From the NCBI GenBank assembly GCA_965112155.1, contig OZ218101.1: a DNA stretch of 64,000 nucleotides; one strand, given 5' to 3'. The stretch is from Podarcis liolepis (Eukaryota). This document shows, in pieces, positions 37,777 to 51,689 of this stretch. A model generated the notes under the pieces. It saw only the letters and a program-made list of their open reading frames with translations. It searched no databases and was not told the origin of the DNA. Both the position numbers and the translations under genes were made by a program. The first letter of the stretch is position 1; the number at the start of each line of letters is the position of its first letter.

Positions 37777-38240
37777 TGTTCTAATATTCCTGGTAAGACC
37801 CCTTTGACTCCCCCCTAGAAGAATAAAGACACCGCAGTCTTATTCATAAGTAACAAAAAGTAGTTTTACTCACGATCGGGCAGAGCACAGCGTGATCCCT
37901 GAAGGCAGGCTTTCGGCTTAAAGTTACAAAACATGTACAAAGGTTTACCCCATATGGGAGAAGTGGGGAGCTGCTGTGGCAGCCAGCAGTCCAGTCCAGA
38001 TGAGGCAGGAAGCAGGCAGGACAAACAGGAAGGTTGAAAAAAGAGGAAGGGAGCAGCGTGACTTGGCCTTTGACCAGGTCTGGAAAGGTCACGCCCACCT
38101 ACTAGTCACATGCAAGGAAGGATGCTCCAGGCCAGGCCAGGAGGAACAGGAAGTTCGACTGGCTGGACCAAACTTTTCCTTGCATGTCCACTCTAACAAA
38201 ACAAGGAATGTTGTATTTGACTGCTCCCAGTGGATTACAT
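37777..38240. mobile_element. Possible solo LTR
   Basis: TGTT start, composition shift, candidate CA ends at ~38197 or ~38240; TSD not resolved. Confidence 0.35.
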
Positions 38241-39097
38241 CCCACACTTTTTTCTGGAAATGAGCACTAAACTTGCACTATATGTCGCTATATTTCCAGA
38301 AGGGACTTTTCCGTCATGTGAAAGCTCAGTTATAATGTGGAAATTGTCAGTTACAGAAGCACTGGGGAAATTAAATAAAATTGGCACGTGAATGCAGCCC
38401 GAGAGTGACTTAAGAAAGCCCATGAGAATCACCTTCCGAGGAAAATATGGATATATGTTCATGTCTCAGAAGGATGAAGCCACCAAACTATGCTGAAAGG
38501 TACTGAATAAAGGTTATGGGGTAACAAAACATATCATTGTGAAATAATTAAGAGAAATGATTCAGTCTGGATGTTAACAGTATAAGTTGGGGTGGCCATA
38601 TATTAAGTAAATGCATCTTGAGAGGAGAGGCCTTAAGGAAAGTAATAGTTATGTAAAAGGTGACTGCTATTTTGTCATTTAAGTTAGGACTCTACTATGG
38701 GGAATATATACTTTGCAGGACAGAGAAACTGAATGGGCAAAAAAGGGACATGGGACGGAAATGGTTCATGGGCCAACATCTCTTACAATTCCCAATTTTT
38801 TGGGGGGGAAATGCTAAGACTTTACCTACAACTATCTGCATGGCACAAATATGGACATTGTACTTCCTTGGTAAGGGGAAATTCTATTTCTATGGTGCCT
38901 TTGCCTCCCACTTCTGTGTGCTTGTAGTTGGAGGGGAACTTCACTCAGTGTTAAGTGGAAAGGATTTTCTTCCGAATGAGGGAACTTTCTCACGAAATAG
39001 GAAGCAGCTAGCATCTTAGTTTTCTCAGTTTCTAGATGGCTCTATTTCCTCAACATGTACATACATTGCTTCAAAATGTGCTGCGGGCAGAGGCTGC

Positions 39098-39274
39098 NNN
39101 NNNNNNNNNNNNNNNNNNNNNNNNNNNNNNNNNNNNNNNNNNNNNNNNNNNNNNNNNNNNNNNNNNNNNNNNNNNNNNNNNNNNNNNNNNNNNNNNNNNN
39201 NNNNNNNNNNNNNNNNNNNNNNNNNNNNNNNNNNNNNNNNNNNNNNNNNNNNNNNNNNNNNNNNNNNNNNNNNN
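39098..39274. other. Assembly gap (N run)
   Basis: 177 N. Confidence 1.
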
Positions 39275-39460
39275 TGTCTTCCCGTGTAAGAGTTGGGGTG
39301 TCTAGGCGACGTTTCGACGAGGTCTCACTCGTCATCTTCAGGCTGGTGCTTTCGGCTTCTTGTTACTGGAACAGAGCAGGATCTCAGTGTTTGAGTTCAT
39401 ATAAATACTGTTGAGGGGGTGTGGTGTATAGCCTCCAACGTTCTGGGCAGAGAGGAAGTT
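39275..39460 (-). mobile_element. Penelope-like pLTR (second family) with hammerhead ribozyme (39303-39346)
   Basis: Minus: CTGAAGA-T-GACGAG-TGAGAC-CTCGTC-GAAA-CGTC; upstream TATTTATA box. Confidence 0.8.
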
Positions 39461-39510
39461 CCCAGGTTAGTGTGTATATACACACACACACACACACATA
39501 TATTATTTAA

Positions 39511-39757
39511 ACCACTGAGCTCCTGCCAACCTAGCAGTTCGAAAGCACAAAGTGCAAGTAGATAAATAGGTACCGCTCCGGCGGGAAGGTAAACGGCATT
39601 TCCGTGCGCTGCTCTGGTTCGCCAGAAGCAGCTTAGTCCTGCTGGCCACATGACCCAGAAGCTGTACGCCGGCTCCCTCGGCCAGTAAAGCGAGATGAGC
39701 GCCGCAACCCCAGAGTCGGCCACGACTGGACCTAATGGTCAGGGGTCCCTTTACCTT
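39511..39757 (+). mobile_element. Sauria SINE, 5'-truncated
   Basis: CCTGCCAACCTAGCAGTTCGAAAGCAC...GAGTCGGCCACGACTGGACC..CCCTTTACCTTT. Confidence 0.92.
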
Positions 39758-40577
39758 TTATACCCCACCCATCTGGCTGGGTTTCCTCTACCAGCCCTTA
39801 TGCCTTTCCATACATATGAAAAACTAGGAAACAAATCCGATTTCCCAATGAACCACAGTCAGACTGGGAAGAGGCCCACAAACAAGATGTCTTATTTCTG
39901 TCTTTGCCCAGGACAGAACATCACAACCAAGCTTTGTACACCAATTTCTGGCTTAAGATATATCTATGCCCTGCACTGCTTGAGGGTAGGAAAAGATATA
40001 AACCAGATTTATTGGCTATGTAGTGGACTTTACAGATCTCTCTTCTTGTGTTCACACTAAGTAATTGCTGTGGCTATTGCTCTGGTCCCTAGTTTCTCTT
40101 TGATGACTGCCTGATGGCTCTTCTTCCTATTAGCAGCCTTTGATGTCATGCTTCCAGGCTGCCGTTTATCCCACCACATAAAATGTGTGCAGAAACTGTT
40201 CAAGATGACAGTTGCCCACATTTATCAACCCCCCAGCCATTCCTGGCTGTACAAAATATGATGCTGTTCTTTATTGTTATTTTTATTAATCAGAGAATCT
40301 TTACCCCCACACCTTTGTAAGGGATATATACAGTAAAGCCAGTCCTTTTATTTCGCCTGCCTTCATACTTTTCTACCCCTGTTTACTACCCTAGTTATTC
40401 ATTATTGTTTATCTTAAGAAGTTTTACTCTTCTTAAAAGCTGGAGTGGTTTTCCCAGCGGGGTGGATACAGAGAGTGGCAAGAGCAATCATTGGCTTTGC
40501 CAGTGCTTCTGCTCAGCTCCAACCTTGCCACCTCATCCCTCTCCCTCCTGGTAAGCTGTGTGTGTGTGTGAGAGAGA

Positions 40578-41430
40578 GAGAATTGTACATTTGGAAGGGA
40601 CCACGAGGGTCATCCAGTCCAACCCCCTGCAATGCAGGAATCTCAGCTAAAGCATCCAGGACAGATGACTATCCAACCTCTGTTTAAAAACCTCCAAGGA
40701 AGGAGAGCCCACCACCTTCCAAGGGAGACCGTTCCACTGTCTAACAGCTGTTACGGTCAGAAAGTTATTCCTGGTGTTGAGGTGGAATTTCCTTTCTTGC
40801 AACTTGAAGCCATTGGTTTGAGTCCTGCCCTCCAGAGCAGGAGAAAACAAGCACGCTCCCTTTTCCATGTGACAGCCATTTGAAGATGGCTGTCATATCT
40901 CCTCTCAGTCTCCTCTTTTCCAGGCTAAACATACCCATCTCCTTCACCCTTTTCCAGACCCTTGATTACCTTGGTTGCCCTCCTTGCACATCTTCCAGGT
41001 TGTCAACATCCTTCTTAAATTGTGGTGCCCAGTATTGGAGACAGTACTCCAGAGCTGGATCTACACCCAACTTTTAAACATTATTAGAATGATATTAAAA
41101 ATATCATTCTAAAACATCAAGACAGAAAATATCCCATTCCACAAGGTCTACCTGGTTTTTGGGAGGGGGATTGCTCTGCGGGGACCTCTGGTGTCGCATT
41201 AAAAAGAACATCATATTGCTATAACCATTCCTTAACTCTTTTTTTGTATTTATAACCATGAGTGTAGATCTGCCTCTGGTGTGGTCTGTCCAAGGCAGAA
41301 TAGAGTGTTACTATTACTTTGCATGATCTGGATTCTATACTTCTGTTGATGTAGCCTAGAATAGGATTCACCTTTTTTGCTGCTGCATCACGCTGTTGAC
41401 TCATGTGAAGCTTGTGGTCCACCAAGATCA
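40578..41430 (-). mobile_element. CR1 LINE 3' portion interrupted by a MITE
   Basis: Minus peptides [39 protein letters not shown]; break at 41053-41275. Confidence 0.92.
41053..41275. mobile_element. PIF/Harbinger-like MITE inserted in CR1
   Basis: TIRs AGCTGGATCTACAC / GTGTAGATCTGCCT; 3-bp flanks CAG/CTG; the CR1 PHLEY motif resumes across it. Confidence 0.7.
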
Positions 41431-42609
41431 TTTTCACATGCACTACTGCAATCAAGTGCAGATTATCACATGAGTTACATGCATTAATGGAACAGATCTG
41501 AGTCACTGATGAGCTGTGATTGACAGTGGTTCCCTGTTGACATACCTCTAATGGCAACCCTGGGGTTGCATGACATGTTAAAGTAATGATGGACGCAGAC
41601 CCTTCATTCCTCCACAATTTAAAAGCACTGCAAACAAACAAAAAAGAGAGGCATCATTCTTCATTGTAATACTGTATATAATGATGCCTTGGTGCCAACA
41701 TCCAGTGTAAACAAACAAACAAACAAACATCCTCTCATGGCATCGCCATTACTTTTTCCATTTCCTGGAGACAAGCAAAATAACTGCCAAACATAACTCC
41801 ACAAAATGAAAAGGAGAATCTTTTTTTCTTTAAAAGACTGGGAAGGAAATAGTAAGGGATTTCAAATTAATTATTTCATGAATATTTCTGTGGACAACCT
41901 ACGGGAACAAATGGAAAAAAAACAAACTTATTTCAATCACAGTCTCCAGCCTTGCCAGGATGTTGGAGGACACGGTCCAAGAAGGAGCGCTTGGTTTGCT
42001 CTGTGCTGTAAAGTGGCTCCCTGTCTGAAATAAATCAAGTTTGTTTAAGGCATTCCAGGCTGATAGGGAGAGCCTGTTTCCCCAGATTTTACTGTTTGCT
42101 GTTTCTGCAGTAGCCCAGCATAGGCCTCATACAGGTGCCACATGAGGCACCGCGTGAAACATCCAAAACATCACCTGCCACAAAAGTGCACAGCTGGGAG
42201 CATATAATGTTTTATTTAACATTCATTTGAAAATAACTAAAAGCCTTATGGTTTGAAATATCTGCAGAAACAGGAACCTTCTGATTTAGCCTGAGCTGTG
42301 CTGACTGTCACTTGAAGTGTCAAAACTAGCTTTGGACATTGTCCCCAAATTGTGGAGAAAGGGAGGAAAAGGGGAGTTTGTGGCTTGAAAATAAAGCTTT
42401 TTAAAAAATCATACTCAGATGCATCAGCCAAAGAGAGCAGGTTCAGATGCACAAGGTAAAAAAGCCATTGTCACTGGAAACTCTGACTGAGGCTGAAGTT
42501 GAAAACTGGTAACTTCTGTCAAGTCATGAAACTATATTTCTCTGGTAACTGATAATTAACTGGGCTGAATAAAAAAGAAAAGAAAAATTCTGCTGTGTGC
42601 TACCCAGTA

Positions 42610-42851
42610 CAGTGGTACTTCAGATTAAGAACTTAATTCATTCTGGAGGTCCGTTCTTAACCTGAAACTGTTCTTAACCTGAAACACCACTTTAGCTAAT
42701 GGGGCCTCCTGCTGCTGCCGCGCCGCTGGAGCACGATTTCTGTTCTCACCCTGAAGCAGAGTTCTTAACCCGAAGTACTATTTCTGGGTTAGCAGAGTCT
42801 GTAACCTGAAGCGTATGTAACCTGAAGTGGATGTAACCCGAGGTACCACTG
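42610..42851. mobile_element. MITE family A
   Basis: TA|CAGTGGTACTTC...GAGGTACCACTG|TA. Confidence 0.92.
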
Positions 42852-43330
42852 TACTTTAATTTCCTTGGACAAGGCATCGGGGGGGGGGGGATCTTGGTTT
42901 TGGATTGAAGTTTCTTTTTAAAATGTATGAAAGGATTTATAGATAGTTCAACATAATGGGTTGAATTACAAACTGTCATCACTTTCATCAGGGAGCTGTG
43001 GCCTGAGTGAAGGTTTAACTCCCACAGTTAAAGAAGTCAAACCAGGAATAGTACTCAGGAATAGTAAACAGAGTATCTGTTTTTGTCCTACTTAGTTAAC
43101 CTTCGTGCGAAAATAGAGGCAGCTGTAATAAAGGATTAGGGAAAAAATATTCATATCTTAGTCATATCTAAGAAAAAACCACTGTAAAATGTGAGACCTC
43201 CCCCGTATGACAATTTTAATGTTGCTACGTATAAATTTATTTATTTTTGAAGTTTTATGCAACGATTGCTAAATCATCTGAAAGCACGCAAGGAGATTTC
43301 CCAACGTGTCAGTGGTCATTGTGTGAGACC

Positions 43331-43456
43331 CAGGGCTTTTTTTCAGCCGGAACTCACTTCCAGCCCCTCTCAGGTGGGCGCCATTACCGTTATAAGAGAA
43401 CAAGGGAGGCGTTCATGCTGAATTCTGGCACCTCTTTTTCTAGAAAAATAGCGCCG
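43331..43456. mobile_element. Short hAT-type MITE
   Basis: CAGGGCTTTTTTTC..GAAAAATAGCGCCG ends; 8-bp TSD GTGAGACC / GTGAAACC. Confidence 0.7.
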
Positions 43457-46400
43457 GTGAAACCTCTAAACAGCAAATTTTAAAATAAACTTAAAATCAG
43501 CCTAGTCTCACACAGCCTTAGACAGCCAAAAACCAGGTAAAATTAAACTCCAGTACAACCACTAGTTGTTAACAGCTGAAAGGTAAATATTGTACAAGGC
43601 GACAGGATTTCAGCAGTGAATTTCCCAGTCACGTCTTTTGTGCTGGTGTGACTGATGCTGTCCAAGTTGTTCTCTGTTACTGATTATACACGATGTTGAC
43701 TGCTTCAGGTTTTGTGGCAGCTTCAAAGATGAACACCTAATCTCTTCCTTCTAGCTTACAGTTGAACTTAATTCTCTGTCTCTCAGGCCTGCCACAGACT
43801 GGTTTACGTGGCCCCGACTGAAGGGTTTCACTGAAGCTGACATCTTCCCCTCATCATCTTCCTCCTGCTAATCATTGAACTCCAGAAAACATTCCTCTGG
43901 GACATTTGAAAAGCAATCACAAATGACAAGCCATGTTCTTCTCTGTGACTCCCCCCCCCCCAGCTAAATCACTTGAATGTTTCTTTATTTTATGATAGTG
44001 CCTGGGTTTTAGAATCACTTTTCTGTTAAAGTGTAGTTTTCCTTTGGTGTCTGTCAGCCCTGCTTCCAGACTGTCCTCTTCCTGCTGCTTTGATACTTCT
44101 TTTCTCTAGCTAAAATTAGAACTCCTAGACGCAGATTCTTCCTTGGCAGTTTTAAATACGACAATGCTAGCTTTTAACTTTAATATTTCATTACAGAGTT
44201 AAATCTTAATGTTCATTATGTTCCAGATTTGAATCTCCCCCCAATATAGTACTAATGTTATGAGTCAGAACATCAGTGGGAAAGTCAACAGTGGATAAAA
44301 GAGATGTGAGGGACAAGGCAAGGTTTCCTTAGTTCCAGGTAGCTGCTTAGCTGTCATTCAAAAATCTTGTTCTACATAGTCTGACATCACATTGCATATT
44401 TTACATGATCTTTGGACTGACAGGACAAGCAGTTATACACAAGTGTGATCCCCATGCATGACGACGCCCTTTGCAACAGTGCTCTAATGGTGCAGTTTTG
44501 CCATTCACACCTAGTAGTGCCCATTACAACAGTACCCACCCCTGAACACCCAGCGAATGTATCTGGATGGTAATTGCAAAGATCATACACATGCACTTTT
44601 AAATGTGTACATTGAAAATGCTTTGTGCCTGAAAATACGGAACTGTAAAGCAGGGCTATCACATATCATGTATTTTGTCACAAATACACAGATGGGGGAG
44701 CAGACGACTATACCAGGGTGTGTGTGCGCACACACACATCGCAAAACAAGTCACCATGCCAGACATCATGCACGTGCAAGCTTTCCCCTAAATGATGGTT
44801 ATCTCAGTGTGAGAAGAATGTTGTGTCTAAACTGGATGTAAGCATATGCCATTATGCCATCAAATTCATGGCTGTGGCCTGGCCTTATTGGTGTACCAGA
44901 AAATAGGCTTGACAATTTTACTAGCATGAGTAGCAGAATACAATTTTTTTATATTTGTAACTAAAATATTCTAATTTCAGTTCTCCTGTCCTGTTTAGCA
45001 ATAGGTAAACTCCACAGTTTATTTATGAGTTTTCTCATAGAAAATGTCTGGGGGGGAGTTAAGATTCCAACTCGCAGATGTTTCCCACCACCCCCAGCTA
45101 TGCTGGTTTTAAGGTAACTACCATTCAGAGTTTAATTACTGTTATCCCAAACATCATAACTAAACAGAGCTTTGGCAGAATTGTGCAAAACCCTCTGAAG
45201 AATGATTTTTAAGACCTCAGGGAAGTGTGTGGTACCCTATGGAAGTTCCTGAATCCTCAGCACAAGGAGTGTGTGTGATACCTGAATTTGTCTGACCAAA
45301 CATGGGGAAAATCCATGACCAAAATTCAATGCCGCTTAGGTAGAGGCTCTTTGTATTACTTTATTTGCGAGAGGTAAGAGAGTAAAAGTAAGCTGTAGCC
45401 AGGCTCTCCTGCTGTGGTTTAAACTTGCCACAAACCCCCAATGGCTTGACACAGCTTGCACCCACCCTCAAGCACAGACACGCTGTAGCTTTGGATAGTC
45501 AAAGTAGGACGGATAATATTTGTTTCCTATAGTAATTTTTAGCCATGAAGATTTTTGAGGTATCTGACCTTCAGCTGCTGGCTTATTTTCTGTTCTAGTC
45601 AGTTCACAAAACACACCAGGGAATAATTTCACCCACCAGTGAAGTGCAATCATTTCTGGAATAAAATACAGAAATTGCTCATGAGTGCACAAAAAAACCT
45701 TACAGAGGTTAGGACACGTGTGAAGTAGATATTACTGCAGAAGTATTTTAATGTGTTCACCATCTGTTCATGAGCTGCAAACAGATCAACATGCTCTAAT
45801 GAATGCTCCTGGAGGCCAAGCCAGACGTGACGGTGACAGGTCAGTGCATTTAAACATAGATCCAACTGAAGCACATTGGAAGAAAGTGGCAAGGAGTCTG
45901 TCTGCAATAGCAAAAAAAGGGGTGCACAGGTTAGGAGTGCAGACTTCTCTTCACAGCTTCCTTCCCACAGCACACTTCCCTTGTCAGAGTGGGACCAATA
46001 AGAAAATCACTTGGAGAGCAGGTCTCCTGTCGCCAACCCTTATCACCCCTTATCACCACCCAAGTCATGACAACAGGCATTTTCCCAGTAAACTGTAAGG
46101 ACAAGTTGATATCCACATCATATTTTCCCCAGAAACTTTTCTTCCTTTAGGATTTGTTTGTTTACTATTTTCATAAACCAATACCATTTTATCTACCCTT
46201 TTAAATATTCATCAGTTTAGTGCCTGCATTTTCTTAGCTTACCAAATTGTGAATGACATGTTAGCAAGCCAGCTTGTAGTTCTCTCAGCTGAATTCCTCT
46301 GCATGCAGACAGCACAGTTTATTTCAGTCATTTGTTATGGATTGTTTCACATCATCTCAGCTGCACGAGCCAAAGTTATTCATATTTCTTCTCCTTTTCA

Positions 46401-47510
46401 GGGGAAGAAATGCTTTTTATCCTCTGCCACTTTAAAAAATTATAATTAGCCTAGATCTCTGCTTCTAGGTTCATTCATCATTTTCTTCTATTACTCTTCC
46501 CTTTTCACCAAGCTTCAGAGAATTGGCTAGTAACTTTGCTACTATGTCACGTTTGAAATAAGGATATCAAAACAGATCAGTTTAAATGCCACTTCTTTGC
46601 TAAAAGTATAATTGTAAAGAATAGTATACTATGGTACTGGAATGGAAAATTCTCAGCTGGAATGAAGGCTGTTCTCCTTTCCTTTTCCCCCTCCTGGGCA
46701 ACTTTGTTTAAAAACCAGCTGGAAACTACAACTAGTCCAGAAAACAGCAGCTAGATTGTTGAAAAGGAGAGCTGAAAAATTCATATTACACATATTTTAA
46801 AGTGCCAAAGTAGTGAGTGCATTGCTCATATCTCATTGTTTTAAAAAGGTACACCAGAAACAGCATAATTTTCCTATTTTCCATGGGGTTTTTTTTTGGG
46901 GGGGGGGTCCTTGCCTTCCCCTGCTGTGCAAGAAGCAAGCTGCCACTGGTGCAAGAGAACAGAGTTAAAAAAAACCTCTGCCCACCACTATAATCCCAAA
47001 TCCCACTATTTAAAACAAATCCACATCCATAAAATAGGGCCATGGATTTCACCCCTCCTCTAGTTTGGTCCAAAGGAGCCTCACTTGTTTCCAAATCGAA
47101 TAAAGGTTAGCAACAGCAGTGGTGGACCTTGGGCAACGCCGTGCAATTTCAAAATTCCGTGCCCCTTCCTCCCTTCCATTATATATTGAAGGAAACCAGC
47201 CCTGAGTGCTCACTGGAAGGACACACAAGCTTGGGTTTGCCATGGTCAATCCTCCCCTCAGAGTCCATATGGGAGCCCCCTATACCATGCTGATCCTGAT
47301 CAATGCCTTTTCCTCATAATATTTTCATTTATTTCTCAACTAGAATTGAAGCCCAGCAGAATCTAACAAATTCCAGGTCCAATCAGTCATTGCTGCTGTC
47401 GCAAAGGGAACATGGGGTTTTAAGGGACAGTACTTGAGTCTATCCTTTGGTGAAGAACAACAGGTAGTTTTATCCAAAAAAACCCCAAAACTATGACACG
47501 CAGGAACTTC

Positions 47511-48094
47511 GTGTCATAACCTTATGCCAAAGGCCAAACCTTACGCCAAAGAATAAACGGACATAAATCTGACATCAAGAATCACAAAACAGAGAAACCA
47601 GTAGGAGAACACTTCAATCTCCCAGGACATTCTATACAAGATCTCAAAGTAGCTGTTTTACTACAAAGGAATTTCAAAAATAGACTGGAAAGAGAAGCTG
47701 CTGAATTGCAACTCATTACCAAACTTAAAACCATGGAGAGACCTGGTCTGAACAGAGACATTGGATTCTTATCTCATTATACATGCCTAAGCGATTTTTC
47801 ACCTTCTCACCCCTTGCCTTTTCCTGTAAGACCTATTGCAGTCGTTAAGAGTTGTCAACAGGCTCATCTCAGCTATCTGCCAATCACCCATTCCCACCAC
47901 CCTTCTGAGTAATACCCCTCCCCACCTTCTCACTATATAGAAGGATCTGGCAACTTCTGTTTCAGTGTATCTGAAGAAGTGTGCATGCACACAAAAGCTC
48001 ATACCAAGAACTAACTTAGTTGGTCTTTAAGGTGCTACTGGAAGCAATTTTTTTATTTTGACTATGGCAGACCAACACGGCTACCTATCTGTAA
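47511..48094 (+). mobile_element. Penelope-like element 3' end: GIY-YIG endonuclease C-terminus plus pLTR
   Basis: GQTLRQRINGHKSDIKNHKTEKPVGEHFNLPGHS..REAAELQLITKLKTMERPGLNRD; hammerhead motif 47967-48004; 10-bp TSD CAGGAACTTC (47501-47510 / 48095-48104). Confidence 0.93.
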
Positions 48095-50142
48095 CAGGAA
48101 CTTCCATGAAAGTTTAAGTACACTTTCTTGTACACCTGTGCTACTTGGTAAGTTTTTGCATTATTGAATATTGAAAATGCAAAATGATGTTAGACTTGAT
48201 TTCCAATTGGATGGTGACAGTCAGTTATGCAATTTATTTTTTAAAATATTTGTTAAACCATATCCCAAGAGCTACTATTTTAAGTGAACTATAGTAAATG
48301 ATTTTGACACATTCTTAGTCTGCAGTTTAGTGAAAGCTGATTGGTTCTCCCTTTGATATACAAGAAAAAAATCAAGGTTAAGAACAAGGGTCACAGAAGT
48401 CAGTGAGATGCAGAGGAAAAAATGACAGGAAACAGCTGAACTAGGTGATGCACCTCAGAACACCTGGGAAAACATGGCTCTCTTGGCTTTCTGAAAGTTG
48501 AAATAAGTACACCTTTCCATCATTTTAATTAAAGGCCATTAATTATTTGGCTTTACACACTTCACAGACTCTTTAGCAATGGTGACAGAGCACAAGCAAT
48601 TACATCCAGGAGTTCCTTTAGACACCTTTAAAAATGGGAACCAAGGAAGAAAAACAAAGGAGATGGGGAGCAAAACATTAGGGGGAAAGTTCAAAGCAAA
48701 AGCATGAATTTGAATGGAGATTCTTTGTAAAGGGTCAGTCTTGAGTTGAAGGGGCTTTACAAAGAAAATAAATAGGGTACCTTGCACTGTGCAAAAATGC
48801 ATGTGGATTGCACATAGCTGTGTCATGCACTTCATAGCCTTAATAGGTGCTTATGCACTCCATGTATCTTTCTACCAGCAGGTTTCACAGGGCTTCCTGC
48901 CTTTAGACCTCTAAAGCCGTGAGGTGTGCAGTAGTGAGGAGTATCTCAGAGCTTCCCTGTTTGCTGAACAGAGAACAGGAATTACTCCTTTCGTCCATGG
49001 CGGTAGAAGAAAGCCAGTGCCATGGGGGGGGGGCGATGATAGCTGGATTTTTTGGCTTGGGTGAAGCCTCCAGAGGAGCACCACTGAGGCTCCCAGCCTC
49101 TGTGTGTGTGCAGATGTGGGGGGGGGGGTCCATACCCTCCAACATTTCTCTGTTGAAAATAGGGACAGCCTATTCCAACATCATCATAACAATCATTTTA
49201 TTATTCATACCCCACCCATCTGGCTGTGTTGCCCCAGCCGCTCTAGGTGGCTTCCAACATATATAAAAAACATAATTAAACATTAAACATGATACAGGGC
49301 TGCCTTCAGATATCTTTTAAAGGTTGTATAGTTACTTACCTCCTTGGTTCATGGGGTCTCATAACTCTGTACCCTGAAACCTTTCTCTGATGAAAATAGG
49401 AACGTCCTTAGGAAAAGTGGGGCATTCCAGGATCAAATCAGAAACTGGGGTGGCTTTTGCAAATCCAGGATTGTCCCTGGGAAATAGGGACACTTGGAGG
49501 GTCGGGATGTGCCAAACTGGGTCTTTGACCTGGGTGAAATAAAGCCCAGTTTCGCCCCTAAGAAAGCTAGTGTACATTTGCTAGCACACCTTTTCAAGCA
49601 AAATGGAAAGTTTTTAAGTCAAGTTGCAAGGAAAATACTCAGAATGGCAGGGGAACATGCTTTCCTGACAACACTTCCTTACCATCTTCCTCTCAGGGAC
49701 CCCCCCCCCACACTCCCATAATCATGGTCCCCACTCTCACTGTGCGGTTATAGGACTTTACCAACGAAATCACTCCACTAGATCCTGAAGTCCCAACCAT
49801 AATATACAAAGTTTCAAAAATCATAAAGTCTCTCCCACACACTCACATGGTTACCTCTCATTTAGGAAAGCTTCCCCTGCCACAAACAAGCTAACTTCCA
49901 AGCTTGTATTGCCCTGACTCCCTGGGCTGGGACAAGCAATTTCAGCACATTTTATAGTAGTCCTGAAATAGTTTAACCACCGAGTATGGCAGCATACTCT
50001 GCCATATCTCTGTTTGTACTCTAAATGCCTCAGAGACTGACTCTCCCCATTGTGCCACCAAGATCAGCAGAGGACCCTTAGTGGGCCAGCCATGAGCCTG
50101 AACAGCAAGGCCTTGTATATAGTAGGTGTTCTGCTGGTTGAG

Positions 50143-50358
50143 AGGAGAGGCCACAGCTCGGTGATGGAGCATCTGTTTCAAATACAGAACACCCAGGGTT
50201 CAGTCACTAGCACTTCCAGTCTGAAGGAACTCAGTTTGCAGGGCTGGAAAGCATCTTTGCCTGAGACCACGGACAACTGCTGCCAGTCAGATAGACTGCA
50301 CTGATCTAGATGAATCAGTGGCTTGATCCAGTATACGGCAGCTTCCTATGTTCCTATG
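50143..50358 (+). mobile_element. Squamate tRNA-derived SINE (Squam3-like)
   Basis: tRNA-like head GGCCACAGCTCGGTGATGGAGCATCTG..GGTTCAGTC and tail GGCAGCTTCCTATGTTCCTATG. Confidence 0.7.
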
Positions 50359-51689
50359 TTGTGGGACTTCATTTTATATGAAAATCCAGACCTGAAGCTT
50401 TTCTTCTTTAGGGCTGGTGGACAATAGCCAGGATTAAGCAGGTGTGTGATGGTTAACCAAAATGGGTATTTGGTTTTTAAATTGTGTTTATTGTGTTTTG
50501 TTTTTAACTGTTATCCCTTGGGGAATGTACATAAAAGGAACTGAACTAAATTCTCTGCAGAACCAGCCATTCTTCCTTGACTAGGACTTGGATTCCTTTG
50601 TTAAAGAATTTATAATCTAGGCATTTCCTCAATGCTATTAATGGCTGCAGTCCCAGTGCATTATAGTCAAGAGCATTTTGACATTGATTTCAATGGAATG
50701 CAGACTGTACTCAATAAAACAGCATATCAGGTGGGGAGAGAATGGAATGTTATTCAGGAAAATTTACTCACTTCAAGGCTTACCATTTTACACTCACAAG
50801 GTATAACTTGACAACTCCAAAAGCGTATATTGGCATCATGACAGCATTATTATAGCTTAACTTGCATTTACTCTGTAATTACTAGAGGAGAGAGAGATGC
50901 AGAGGTCCAGTGATACAACAGAGCAAACAAAGGAGATGTGTGATGAAACCCTACACTACAAAGTCAAAAGAGTTCACTAATTCTTTCATTGTGGCAACCA
51001 GTACAGCCCCAAAGAGCAGCATCTGGTCATTGTAGCCATCATTATTCACCTTTGAGAGTCTAAATATATCCCTAGTGTTAGCTCTTTCCAGGAAACAATT
51101 ACTTACTCTATTTTCACAATGTATTTTTAAGAGACTATGAAATATTGCGTGCCATCACAAGACTCAAGTACTCAGCATAAGCACAGTGGAAATAACCAAA
51201 ACAGACTTATTACAGTTTTGCACAAGAGTATTCAGGCGAGTGAGCAGATGCTGGATTTATGATCAACCAAGTACATTCCTTAAGGTAATTAATGACAGAT
51301 TTTAAATTAAATCAATCGGCCATGAACAATTCTCGTCTTTCAGTAGCAAATTCAATGCCTTTAGCAAATAAGAGAGTAGAAAAGGACAGACAGGAAGAAA
51401 GACCAAAATGTGGTCTGTCAAGCAACAGAGAACAACAAAATCATATTTTCTCTGCCTTGAAGAATTTTCATGCTAGGGTTAGCCACTCCTGAAGTGATGC
51501 AGGAACTCTTCATCAAAGCCCCAGAAGGCCACCATGACCAATGCAGTATGTTGCAGTCATGGTGGGGAAAGCCATGTCTCCTTGCATGACACTGCTAACA
51601 TGAACTTGGATTCCTCTGAAAGCCTGGGAGTAGCTGAAGATGGGCTCTGGCATTTTTATACCATTAGTGGTAACATGCAGTTCCTCACA

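Noticed and set aside
39036-39414. ORFs crossing the N run
   Set aside because: Artefacts of translating the gap.
47100-47140. Two RFX half-site-like motifs (GTTAGCAAC, GGGCAAC) as a promoter
   Set aside because: Short motifs with no CpG island or other support.
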